Assembly: GCA_030295235.1 (NCBI GenBank)
Contig: AP026130.1
Location: forward strand, 248,001 to 312,000
DNA length: 64,000 nt
From: Fistulifera solaris
Lineage: Eukaryota
Reading direction: 5' to 3'
Shown here: one piece after another, positions 21,001 through 32,768 of the stretch
Position numbering within the stretch: position 1 is the first letter of the stretch
Layout of the letters: every line of letters starts with the position of its first letter
The notes under the pieces: generated by a model
Database searches by the model: none
Told to the model about the DNA's origin: nothing
What the model saw: the letters and a program-made list of their open reading frames with translations, nothing else
Program-made: the position numbers and the translations under genes

Positions 21001-23121
21001 AAGTTGCGGAACTGGAAGACAAGATGAAGATTTTGAAGAGACTTGAAACAGAAGATCGCATTGAAAGGACGAAACTTGCATCAGCGCTAGAAAGAATTGC
21101 TCTACTGGAGGCTGCCTTAAAGCAAGCAGATGTTCATAATGTTTCAGAAATGGCTTTGCAAACCATGCAAGGTATCTGGGAGAAATTAGGGACGTCGATG
21201 GAAGACCGCGAGAAGGTCAAGGAACAGATTGCAAATTGTTTGGATGACACATGCAATCGCAAGCTTGATGAAGCACAAAAGCAGCTTGAAAGCTCCTTAT
21301 CGGTTCTTGAGCACGAAACGGCGAAAATGCACTTCATGTATTTATCCTTAGCCGAAGATATTCCAATGCTCTCAGAAGAGCAACAACCTGTCTACCAGCA
21401 GGTGGAAGAAGTGCGGACAAAGTTAAAATCGATCGAGGCTTGGTTCGAGACAGCTTTGAAACGAAGAGACGAGATTGTTGACCAAGCGCAAAACGTAGCC
21501 GCGAGTCTAGAACTGGAAATTGGAAGCATTAGCAATGATCTACAGATAGCCATCAGTGAAGCAGGTGCAAGCCGAGATAAATACGATGTCCCGATTCATC
21601 TAGAAGACAGCTTTTGTCAAATTGTGAAGCTCAGTTACGTCACCTTCGAATTGAAAAGTCCAAAGCGACTGCCAAGTATGCCTCCATGCAGACCGAAACA
21701 CAAAAGCTTATCGCGGATATGAATCTTTCAGAATCTGCTATTCTTCCCATGGTACACACTTACCTTGAGAAGCAGTCGCTTGGCCTTCCTTCATGGTGGC
21801 GCAACGAGATTGCGTCAGCAGTGACGTTCTCCCTGGTTTCTGAAAATGGCTTTAGCAGACACACTTCGGTCTACGTCAAACATCTCAGTAAACTTCACGA
21901 AATAATCACTGCGGTTTTCTCTTGCACGCGGTCATCTGTCCGCAAAACTGAAGGGGATTGTTCAGAAAGCCCAAGAAACCCTCCTTGACACTGTTGATGA
22001 AGAAATCGATGCGAAGGAGGCGTACTCTAGTTTTCATGACGCTTTATTTCGTCTTCCGCCACTTTCAAGAGAAATGATTAACGCGTGCAGCACGGAGATC
22101 GACGCGTTGTTAACTGGGGTGCAGTCCATGATACAGAGCGAAATTGAGGCCTTGACAGTTGTTTGGGAAGCACTTGACATATCGAGTAGCAAACGAGGGA
22201 CATTTTGGGGTGAAATCCAAGAATCGATGAGATCAATAGAAAATAGCATGTCTAGTGTATTCGACGGCGATGCTTCCTCGGACTGTGTCTGGGATCTCGA
22301 AGAATGGATACTCCCAGCCAAGGAGAAGGCTACAGTAACTTTCTTGGAACTCGAGAAGCTACTTTTCAAACTTCAAACGATCCATAAAGAAGTCGAGAGA
22401 CTTTCAGCGAAACAGGATGTCAAGAGCCGAATTATATCTTTGGATTCTGAGATACGAATCCTAAATGCCAAACTTGCAGAATTTGGAAGAAACGAAGTGC
22501 GACAAAGAGAGACTTATTACAAAGAAAGCCACGAGCTCTACTCTTCTCAAGGAAGAGCGATATCGAAAGCAAATGCAATCAAAGTTTTCGGCGAAATTCG
22601 CGCAGCTTGCGGCGCTCCTGAAAACGTGGTCAATCGATGATGACGGTCAATTTGATCCGAGACTTTTGAGTGAGGAGGTTCGAAATCTTCTTGCAAATTC
22701 CAACGAAATCGATTCGCTTGTTGAAAAACGCACTGAATTCATGCATTTACGTACCATACAACCTAAGACTACCAACAAGCGAAAAGCAGACGGGGATGTG
22801 CAGCCGAGAAAGATTGCGAGGATTCAAAGTCGCGATGATGAAAAGCCTTTACCGTCGTCATCAAGGCGGGATGCAAAGAATGTGTTCCAGAATGTGGCGT
22901 CTAGTGATATCAAGAAACTCAGTCCACCAAGGGCAAAGAAGACTCATTCTTCCGGAAAGATTCAGAAAGCGCCACGCCTTCCGCTAGCCAACAAAGTTGA
23001 AGCGATGCAGGTGGCAAAAGGTCTTTCTCCAAAGAAAAAACTTACTCTCCCTCCGTTCGGGCATGTTCTTGAAAAAGCTTTTACTCCAAGGGACAAGAAT
23101 AAGGAAAACGAAATCATTTAA
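18084..23121 (+). CDS. Kinesin-4 (KIF4/KIF21-like) motor with a long coiled coil and a C-terminal MAP65/Ase1/PRC1-like domain; introns 18311-18390 and 20745-20813; several frameshifts
   Basis: Motor motifs [78 protein letters not shown]. Kinesin-4 stalk AAQFRDYTESKQREIAALKR. MAP65-like segments IWEKLG, VWEALDI and DKERL...LLKEERYRKQM...LLKTW. Confidence 0.85.
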
Positions 23122-23187
23122 CTAGCTGATATTCATCATTTAAAATTACAAATAATAGTACCATTGCCGTACAGTTGCGCATGTCAT

Positions 23188-24612
23188 TTATGTATCATCT
23201 AGCCATACCATAACCACACAAATGTTATCCCCTGATCCTCTCTTGAAGGCCTCGTACGCAACGCTCTTGGCCATATTCTTCCGGAGCACGAGCTTGTAAC
23301 TATCCTTTTCTTGGCTATCCATGTCATCATTGTTTCTAAGCTCACTCTCTATTCGATCATGCACGAACGAAACAACATCTTGACTCGACATAGCATCCCA
23401 TAACCCATCCGATGCCAAGAGTATAAACTCGTCGCGGTCGTCGAGAACTGGAAAATGTTTGATCTCCACCTCTCCACTTACAATGGGCTTTGCGTAGCGG
23501 TCTCCGATAGCCCTCGATAACGATAAATTTCGAACGCGATGGACCTTGGCAAACCTATCCCACTCTATGGTTTCACCCATTCGCATTATGCGTGCCTTTT
23601 CGCGTTCTTCATTCGGCTTGTGATCGGTTGTCAGGTCGATCGCCTGACCCGCTCGACTCAATATGGCTCGGCTATCCCCGATATTTGCAGACATCACGGT
23701 CCGATATCCCGCTTCGTTGTCATGTAGGAAGACTGCAACAGCGGTACTTCCTTGGTAATGGAGTGCATCATCTTGTAAAACATCCTCTTCAATTCGATTG
23801 AACGCATCGCGAAGCGCACTAGCAAGACACGCTAGCGACGGATTTGCTTTATGCTGGGGACACGTTATTCTTTCTTCATCGTGTAACTCTTTCAAACTTT
23901 CTCCAAGCTGTTGATAAAGCCGTCGCTTGAGATACTGGCTCACACCTCCTCCTCCGTGTCCATCAAATACCGCAGCGAAGCGACCTCCATCGGCAACGAA
24001 GTATTCGTCTTCCATGGTAATTCGTCCACCTTTTATGGCTCGAGCAGATATCTATATTGGGAACAAGTGTGAGAGCTGAAGTTGATCGAGCTCAACGGAA
24101 GACATTTGTGAGTTCACTTACGTCATAAACTCGTCGCCGATCGTGAAGAATGGGAACGTTAATTGCTTGAACTTTGCTGTCTTCTTCGTTAACTAGACTG
24201 TCTCGTTTCTCTTGCTTTTCTTGTAAAGAAGATTCCACTTCGTTTGAATCCGCAAGATATAAAGCAGAAGCATTGGTAGCGCTTTCTCCTCCTTGATTTC
24301 CACCACCCGGAGGGGTGGGTCACCCGCGGATCGGTAACTTTGCGACGGAAAAAGTGACACAAGTGTCGCAGACCCAGCGAAGGCGATGGTAGTGGAGAAT
24401 AGAATCTGACGGAGGGATACCCAGTCTTTCTTTTCGCTCCTCTGTGTCGTATTTTCAGAGCTACCTAATGCGGTAGAGAATTCTCTGCATACGAGCGCGG
24501 AATGATACAGAGGAAGAGCCCGTTGGTTCACGGTCGATACGAGCATGGTAGGCGGTCTGGTTGCATTTAACAATGAGGGGGGAGTCAGAGAAAAAGCGCG
24601 GTAATTGCCCAT
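23188..24612 (-). CDS. Protein phosphatase 2C (PPM family) with an N-terminal extension; start uncertain, frameshifted
   Basis: GGRITMED, AVFDGHGG, ANIGDSRA, DHKPN, LSLSRAIGD, LASDGLWD, GSGDNICV. Confidence 0.9.
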
Positions 24613-25426
24613 TATTTTTTCGATCTCTGCAAGTTCCGCTGGTATACTGATATTGATAACAGCAGCGAGACCTTGGTAAAAAGCTCGACGAAGTAGCGCT
24701 GTACGCTGAGGATCTCACATAGCTCATAGTGCGAACGAAAGCAGAAGCTGAACACTACCAAAGCTTTCTCTTGTTTTTGGACTGCTGTAGAGAGGATGAA
24801 CCTCGAGCAACAACAATGAGATATCCAGGGGAAAGAACAAAGAAGGATCCGAGGCCTTTTGCTGTTGCCTCGGCCGCTGCGTTTCTCGAAAGAAATTTTA
24901 GTTGTTGACATCTTCGTGTCTTCGAAGGAACTATGCAAGAGACTGTACTCACTACTCGTGACTCAATTACAAACAGGACGGAAACCATTTCCGTTCCGTT
25001 AGTATTGTGTGTGTTCTTCGCGAACTTTCTGCCTTGAAGTCCGGCAGCTTTTAGTCGCAACGGTAACTAATTTGGAGGTATCTTTTGCCCCTTGCTTTTG
25101 CCTTGATCTTTGCGTGTTGCGCGATTGTGCGTCGCGCCACAAGGCCAAATAGTATTTCAAAGAACCGTTTAATCTATAGGCTAAAGAGTAAAGACAGATG
25201 CCGGATCATCGCTATCCTTGTTCTTTTGATATTTTTAGTACTCTCTGCTTTAGTGCAGCAGCTTTCTCCAACGGAAATTATTGGATCGCTTTCGGCTCCC
25301 GGCTCCACCCTTTTCAAGAAAGCTTTGGAAAAGAACAAGAAAAGACGCAATTGTATTGCAACTTACTTGCTGCGACGCTTGGTCAATATATCATAAACTT
25401 TGTTATAAAATACGAGATACGAAGTA

Positions 25427-26911
25427 ATGATACCCACGATGCTCGAAGAAAAGAAAGATGGCGATAAGGTTTCTTCGGCCGATGATTTGCCTAGCATGAT
25501 GTACGAAACGAATTGTGAAACGCCAAGGTTTTCTCCATCCAGTAAATTCTCTCTCAATGCAACTGGAAAGCGACTAAAAGAGCACTTCTCCTCGACTCCA
25601 ATTGATCCTGAACTAGCGTCGTCGTTTACAGAAAGTAATCGGCTTACCGACGCAGAGAAAGCATACCTTGGGTCGCTTCTAAGGAAAGGTGATTTATCAC
25701 TGATAGAACGCGCCACGAAGCGACTCAGCGACCCGATCGTTTTCCCACCCGCAGAAGATGTCGACGCAGAAGTCACATTATCTGCCGCTGAGGATGTTGC
25801 TATTGCGACAACGAAACGCCGAAACTCGCAAGTTCAACAAGAGCTCTATCGCTTGCATGAAACTAGCTCGGTCAATCCAAGTCATCTTTTGAAACGGATG
25901 AACTATCTTCAAAAGAATTCGATGCTGGAGGACACGGAAGATAAATTATCCGGGCGAGAATCTGATTTGGGGGACACGGACCTCAGTGAGGCTGTTGCCG
26001 CTGTAGACGCATGGAACCCCTTTAAAGACGTGTCTAGTTGGATTGACGGCAGCCAAGGAGTTGAAGTTGGAGACAATGGAGTCCCAATTCCGAAAGAAGG
26101 AGGATCTCGAGCTGCTCAGAGACTTTCACATGCTACTGATCCTTTTCGCATTCTAGGCACGACTGCGGATGACGTCTCATGTCATCCGCACGTTTTGTCG
26201 CCTCCTCTGATGGAGTCCTTGCTTGCTTTTGTGCCCGAGCCCTTTGCGCAGCATAATTTCTGGCTCAAATATTCACTGGTGAGAGACGGAGCAAATATGT
26301 GGAACTTTTTGCGTCAAGTTCGTGCGTCCGAAGTATCATTTCTGGCGATTGAGACAGTGGACGGACACGTTTTTGGAAGTTTTACTTGTCAAGCTTGGAG
26401 ATTGTCCCAGGGCTGGTATGGTAAGCAGACTGGTGAGGCAGCGTTTTTGTGGAAAATGAGGCATTCCAGGGACATTGATCCTATCGATGTAGCTCGATCG
26501 TTCGTGGAGCAAGTAAACAAGGAGAGCGAAATCCAGGTGTTTCCTTATCGCGAAGGCAATGCAGCTGTGCAATACTGCTCTTCTGGGGGCTTGATGCTCG
26601 GTCAAGGAGAACTTCTTCCTCGAAATGACTTGAAAGGCAAGCATTATGGCCACGGTTTGTACCTGGAAGGTTCCTTGCTGAAAGGATCCACTAGCAATAG
26701 TGAGACGTTTGGAAACCCGTGCCTCATCAATGCCGATGAGCGAGGAGCTCTATTCGAAGTAGCAAATATGGAAGTCTGGACGCTGACTTCGCATTCAGAC
26801 ATGAAAAGCGCAGAGCAATCAGAGCTGTCGCAGCTTTTTTTGTTGAATCGCGACAAGGACGAAGGCAAAAATCTAAACATTATGAAAATTCTCGTCGGCG
26901 GTCCGATTTAA
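25427..26911 (+). CDS. TLDc-domain protein (OXR1/NCOA7-like)
   Basis: FWLKYSLVRDGA, IETVDGHVFGSFT, GEAAFLW, GLYLEGSLLKGSTSNSETFGNPCL, FEVANMEVW. Confidence 0.85.
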   Translation: MIPTMLEEKKDGDKVSSADDLPSMMYETNCETPRFSPSSKFSLNATGKRLKEHFSSTPIDPELASSFTESNRLTDAEKAYLGSLLRKGDLSLIERATKRLSDPIVFPPAEDVDAEVTLSAAEDVAIATTKRRNSQVQQELYRLHETSSVNPSHLLKRMNYLQKNSMLEDTEDKLSGRESDLGDTDLSEAVAAVDAWNPFKDVSSWIDGSQGVEVGDNGVPIPKEGGSRAAQRLSHATDPFRILGTTADDVSCHPHVLSPPLMESLLAFVPEPFAQHNFWLKYSLVRDGANMWNFLRQVRASEVSFLAIETVDGHVFGSFTCQAWRLSQGWYGKQTGEAAFLWKMRHSRDIDPIDVARSFVEQVNKESEIQVFPYREGNAAVQYCSSGGLMLGQGELLPRNDLKGKHYGHGLYLEGSLLKGSTSNSETFGNPCLINADERGALFEVANMEVWTLTSHSDMKSAEQSELSQLFLLNRDKDEGKNLNIMKILVGGPI

Positions 26912-27143
26912 CATGTTGACTCCCATCAACTCGCACTCATTCATCAGGTTCGCTAATAAATCTGTTGAGGGCTTCCACCAAAATAATTTACGACAATGGA
27001 CTTATTGGCATATAACAGCGCACGAAGGCTTCCACTCTTAATAAATTCGAATCGAACTTTACGAGAAATGACTGATTAAAAAATCATAATATTTTCACGT
27101 TAGCATCCTTGTACCCTGCTGTGTTCCAACGTTTACTTAGAAA

Positions 27144-28500
27144 TTAGTGTGGCTTACAATCGACGTCTACGGCCAACACGCGGGCACCAGCCGAAGCGGT
27201 TGTGACAAAAACATCACACTCCTTGTCGTACTTCGCTTTGTAAGCTCCCTTCAAAGCTTCCGTCAACTTCTCTACCTTGTCTTTTTTTCACAAGAGTGAT
27301 GGTGCAGCCACCAAATCCACCTCCTGTGATTCTGCTTCCGTAAACTCCTTCGACCTTCTGCGCAGTCTCCACAAGTAGATCAACCTCTTCACAACTAACG
27401 TCGAAATCATCTTTCAAACTCGCATGACTGTCATTCATAAGAGCACCAACGCGGTCCCAGAGTCCCATCTTCAATGCTGTTTTGCATTCGAGCACTCGTT
27501 TATTTTCCGTCACGACGTGTTTTGCGCGCCTGTAAATGACATCCCCCATCTTGTCCTTGGCGTCTTCGCAATCCTGGAGGTTTGCATCACGCAAACTAAG
27601 CACGTGGTATAGAGGAACATTTTGCATGGTGGCCACAGCGTCGGCGCACTCGCGTCGCCTCTTTCCGTATTCTCCATCCGCAATCTCGTGTGCCACGTTC
27701 GAATTCGCCACAACAATGGCGGGGGTATCCTCGGCCTGTTTGAATGGAATTTGGGTAATTTCAAGCGACTGGCAATCGAGAAGCATGCAATTGTTTTTCT
27801 CGGCAGCGGAAGAAACATACTGATCCATGATACCACAGGGTGATAAAGCCCATTCGTTCTCCGCTTTTTGGCAACGAATGGCTCGTTCTCGCTGAATGTT
27901 GCCACTCGAAGTGGCGGAGAACGCCATATCGTGCATGAAGCACTCCAAAAAGGTTGCAGTAGCCGTTTCAAGAGCCGCCGAACTGGACAATCCGGCACCT
28001 ATGGGCACGTCACTCGCAAAGGCGATGGCTAGATCCAGTGTGCAGCCTTCATGAGGCAAATCGGGGACGTATTGAACGATCGTCCCCACCACATAATTCG
28101 TCCACGATTTCGGTGTTGTCTCGTCAGGGGGTGTAAGAGCATTCACTGCCAACTTTCTTTCTTCAACAATATCATCACCATCGTTCTTTTGAGATGAGAT
28201 CATTCTTAGACGGATCGTTGTGGGTCCAGAACCTTTTCCTGTGTGAACGAATCCTGTTCCGTACGCAACGACTTGGTAGTCAATGGCCATGGGGAGGCAA
28301 TATCCATCGTTATAGTCCGTATGCTCCCCTATCAAGTTCACCCGTCCAGGAGCACAGACAATGAAGGCTGGAGGTTTGTGTGTTTCGGCCAAATGTGCCA
28401 GTTTGCTCTTGTAGAGGCTCTTGGCTTCGTCAACCAGTTTGGAAACATTTGTGGGAAGCTTTGCGTTCGCCAATTTCGGTGGATGGTGAGTCTCAGACAT
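27144..28500 (-). CDS. GALK: Galactokinase; frameshift near 27285 in a T run
   Basis: APGRVNLIGEHTDYNDG, PIGAGLSSSAA, CGIMDQ, YRRAKHVVTEN.RV, SHASLKDDFDVS, GSRITGGGFGGC. Confidence 0.95.
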
Positions 28501-29349
28501 AGTTCGGTTTGTGGGTGTATCGAAGAGCTATTGTAAATCACTGTGGATATAGCCGAGTTATAGTTCGACCAGGTTTGGAAAGAAGTGATAAAAAGGATTT
28601 CCAAGCCAAGTTATGAGAGTCATCGTCATCGATCACAAAAACGGGGTAATCTTGAAACGCGAGATGAGGAGACGAGAAAAGATCGTTGCACGTCTATCGA
28701 ACAATAAAAGGACCATGACCGATGACCCCGATTGTACGATTAAGGTTACAGTTGCTTTTAGTACTACACCCTCAATAGTTCTACGGAGTAGTTAATTTTT
28801 TTAGTATCTCTAGCTCCCTAGGCACGGTTTAGGTAAAACAAAACGAAACGCTGGTTCTACCGAACGCCGTTGATCCAACCTCTTTCAATTCTTTGGTTTG
28901 TATTTTTCATCTCTCTTTGCTCCGGGATAGTATACAATGATAGAATCGAAACCAAGATATTTTGAGCATGCAAGATCATCTCGTCCATGTCCGGATCATA
29001 ATCGATGACGAAATAAGTATGATCTTGATTGTGGAGATTGCTTAGCTAAGCACCAAAGAGCCAGTTGCTACAAAGAGAGCTCCCCTTTCTAACTTCTATC
29101 TTTTGTAAGTCCATTCATTGTTTCTAAGCTAAAAGATCCCCACATCGTCTTTGCTTCACATCGGCTTCTATATGTTGGGAACGGTCAAAAGATAAGGGCA
29201 CATCCATTGCAAATTCTCTGTCACTATTTTCAGCAATGTTGTAAATGTTTACTATTTATTTCGGCTCAGTTGAATGTGTGGTTATTATCTATCTTGAACA
29301 ACGGTAAATCCTTCATGATATTCAAAACGCAAGATCAATGTGACGGTGC

Positions 29350-29754
29350 TCAAGATGCTTCAGCATCCTTTCCGGCTTCCTCGGCATCCTTTGCCTTTTT
29401 CTGCTCCCAGTAGCTATCCATATCTTCATCAAGCTTCTTGCTGGCGACCTTTTCATCCTTCATCATGTAGTCGTCCATTTCCTTGTCCAGATCCTCTTTC
29501 GTTTTCGGCTTCTCCTTTTGCTGCGACTTCTTCTTGTCTCTCGCTTTTCCTTGAGACTTGCCTTTATTCAACTTCGACTTATCACCGCGGGACATTTTCT
29601 TTTTGTCGGGAGTTTGTGACTTGTTAAGAAGGCTTCCTTTCGGCTGTTTGGCTTTCGTGCCCTTCTTGGTGACATTCTTGTCAGCAGCAGCATTCTGTTT
29701 GGCGACCTGGGGCTTGTTTTTGCCCTTTCGACCTTGTGAAAAGCTTTTCGCCAT
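29350..29754 (-). CDS. Small Lys-rich protein with a duplicated C-terminal FoP/CHTOP (UAP56-binding) motif
   Basis: KTKEDLDKEMDDYM followed by KKLDEDMDSYW, after a basic low-complexity region. Confidence 0.7.
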   Translation of the reverse strand: MAKSFSQGRKGKNKPQVAKQNAAADKNVTKKGTKAKQPKGSLLNKSQTPDKKKMSRGDKSKLNKGKSQGKARDKKKSQQKEKPKTKEDLDKEMDDYMMKDEKVASKKLDEDMDSYWEQKKAKDAEEAGKDAEAS

Positions 29755-30669
29755 GATTTTCGTTTCAATCAATTTAGTTGTTCGAAAGGTCTTGATGTCT
29801 TGCAATGATACAAACTGCTTTGACATCCAACAGCAAAAAGGCCAGTCGTTCTTCAACGGATCACGAGTTGTCAACTGCGAAATAATTTCATCACGAATCA
29901 TGAATCACGAATCATCATCACGAACCATCTGGCGTGCAATGGAAGTACAGTTAGATACAAAGTATCAATTATGAATGTCTCGTTGTTTTGGTGTCGGTCG
30001 GCTCGCATCCGGAACTGGCCTTATACTATAATTTCACACTAAATATTCAAAGCGCGAACCATGCTTGCGTGGCTGGATGACTTTTGTCTTTTGACCTTTG
30101 CTTTATTGTCCAATGCATCTTGACACCATGGCGAAGGCGAAGATCCGAAACCAGATTCCAAGACGACGAAAGCAAGACCATGGCAATGACAATGACCATG
30201 ACCATGACAGGTTATCAAACAAGTTGCTCTTTATAAAAACATTAATCGGTTAATATAAGGGCTTTTTGCGCGAGCTGCGGTTTACAAAACGATAGTCATT
30301 CTACTGCATAGTTAGAGACTTGCGTCTTGCGTGGCGGTTATCGTTAAAAAGCGGGAGATGATGCCCCAGTTCGCGTTCTTGTTGCAATGCCAGCCTACTT
30401 GGCTGACGAGTTGTCTAGACTACCTGGTACGTGGAAATGCAGACGCCTAGTTCTAGAAATGGACGAAAATGATCATTGAAAATCTTTAAGTAAACACAAG
30501 CATGACAAGTACATCGGCGCAATCCGCAACCCTTTCCTCGACGGCAACGGGTCGATCTTCCGCGAACGTGACTTATAAAATGATCATAAGACGATACGAG
30601 TGAAGAAAACCCCCGACGCTATACCACACATTCCCCCAAGAAGTTGACACATGACGCCGTTCGTGGCGC

Positions 30670-30944
30670 TTAAGCAGCGGCTTCAACGGCCGGGGCTGAT
30701 TCCGCTGGCGCAGCATCGGCCGCCTTCTTCGCTCCCTTCTTCGCCTTAGGAGCAGCAGCCTTCTTCGGAGCAGCCTTGGCCTTTTTGGGAGCGGCAGCTT
30801 TTTTCGGGGCGGCCTCCTTCTTCGCAGCGGGGGCTTTCTTCGCTGCGGTTCCCTTCTTGCCACCGTCTTTTTCTGCTCGGCCTCGCTTTCCTTGGCTTCC
30901 TTAGTGGCTGTTTTGGCCGCGCGTGGGATCGATGCTCGAGTCAT
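30670..30944 (-). CDS. Small Lys/Ala/Pro-rich protein resembling a histone H1 C-terminal tail (~91 aa; one frameshift near 30855)
   Basis: MTRASIPRAAKTATKEAKE..., then in the shifted frame AAKKAPAAKKEAAPKKAAAPKKAKAAPKKAAAPKAKKGAKKAADAAPAESAPAVEAAA*. Confidence 0.6.
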
Positions 30945-31437
30945 GCTGCTTAAATATTAAAAGTAGTTGATAAAACCTTTGGTTTAGCTGCTTTGTAAAC
31001 GATCTTCGTTCCGCTTTTTTGATTTTTTGCCAGAGCCAAACGGACCTCGGCTCGTTCAAACGGAGGTAGGATTCCTTGTAGAAATCGTACCATGACATTT
31101 CCTTGAGAAAAACAATTCTGAAGTCTTTGCCCGTAGATCTGTGTACATTTTGTACCAGAAGTTGCGTAGGGAAGTTGAATTTTAGTGTCGGCCCAAATTT
31201 ACAAAAGCGGCGCATTGAGCCAAAAGGATGTTCTTAGTACACTTTTACTGTACACGCCGTTCGGCCAAAGACACAGCGCACAGCATGCGCAAAAATTCAA
31301 ATTGTTTACTCCCGGTACGACACCTTTGAGCATAGGCGGACGAGATGGAGAGCTTCATTTTGCGAGCTGTTGCAGATCCGATACCAAATGGCAGCACCTT
31401 CATGATAATGATTCATACCCAAATACTATCACAGCAA

Positions 31438-32321
31438 TGATAGCACTCGGATTATTCACACTGCTGGCAACAGATATTACCAAGCGAAGTCCCTGGTCAC
31501 CGGCGGAATGGCAAATTTTAGTGAATATTGGAAGAGAAGAAGGCTCCTGGATGCCCGAGACGTGGGCCACATCCGGTGCTCGTCTTTCGTTTCCCATGGA
31601 CGTGATGGTGGCCTCCGATTATAATACTGCAGAAAAAGACAAAGAATGCGAATTCATGGGTGGAAATTCCATGCGACTGGTTGTATTAGAAGACCCCACG
31701 TTTGTGAGTTCTGATGGGGAACAATTTATCGGTATCCGCGAAGAAGGGGCGTGGAAGATGCAGATGCCGAAACAACGCGGAACCGCCGGCATTCTGCGGT
31801 TTTGGGTCGATGTAGAACAGGCGGATGGATTGAGCCAAGGTGTAGGAGCTTTGCGCAATGATGTGACGTTACCCGCCGAGAGGATTTTCTTCATGTCGAA
31901 ATGTTGGCGCGAGGAAGATTTGAAAATTGCTGCACGAAAAATGAAGCCATATGAGACTGCAGCCGAAGAGGCTCAACGAAAAGTGGAAGAGCAACTCTCT
32001 CATGAAACTGGAGATCGGCGACTGGATGGGACGGATCCATTGGAAACGGCTTTGGGAACAATCAGCATGGCGAAATTAATAAAAGATCGAGATGACCGAA
32101 TGAGGGAATTGAGAGAGGCTGAAAACACACTGCCACGAAATGCCGAACGCCTGAAACTAGGATTTTGGCCGGGAACCGATGAGAAGCTTGCTATCGGTGA
32201 GGGGACGATCGCTGTCAAGAGGAAAAAGTTCTTTGGTGATGAATTCCATATATTGGGGAAATGGCGAGCAATTCCGATACTACAAAAAGAAGATTCAACC
32301 ATCCTTGAACAAAATAGATAA
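31438..32321 (+). CDS. Hypothetical protein, possibly with a signal peptide
   Basis: Long globular-looking ORF with a hydrophobic N-terminus (MIALGLFTLLA). No family recognised. Confidence 0.6.
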
Positions 32322-32768
32322 GCAATGAATAGATTTAACAAGTTATCTTGTCATTTTGATAGCAACTTTTTATACCATCCGGTTAGAGCTCCTAAGCTTG
32401 CACTTAGATGTACTCAACACTTGATAGTCAAATCACCGCAGTACTAGAATCCAGTCATTCGATTTTTATTGGTACTCAGTGCTATAGGCAAACAATTCTC
32501 AACGAACAGCAGCGACAATAAGACGTTATGTACATAGAAGCTATCGTTCGAAATTTGACAAAGCTTGAAAATTACTTAGACGCATTTCAATACTGGATGG
32601 ATAATTAGGGAAAGTGTTGCGGTGGATGCAGAAGGAACTTATCGTCGCGACGCTTTCCGGTCCGAGCGGCCGGACATTATTGTTTTGACTTTTTTTTAAT
32701 TTGAAAGCGGCTTCTCTGTGTTGCATTGAATCTTCGCAAGCCTTTGCATGATTCGTATCTAAGAAAAC

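Noticed and set aside
12593..28500. Fructokinase plus galactokinase as a sugar-utilisation cluster or bacterial HGT island
   Set aside because: They are 13 kb apart and separated by unrelated, intron-containing eukaryotic genes. There is no operon structure.
30179..30208. Short hexamer runs ((C/A)ATGAC here; GTCACC at about 48658-48678)
   Set aside because: Simple microsatellite-like repeats with no further support for function.
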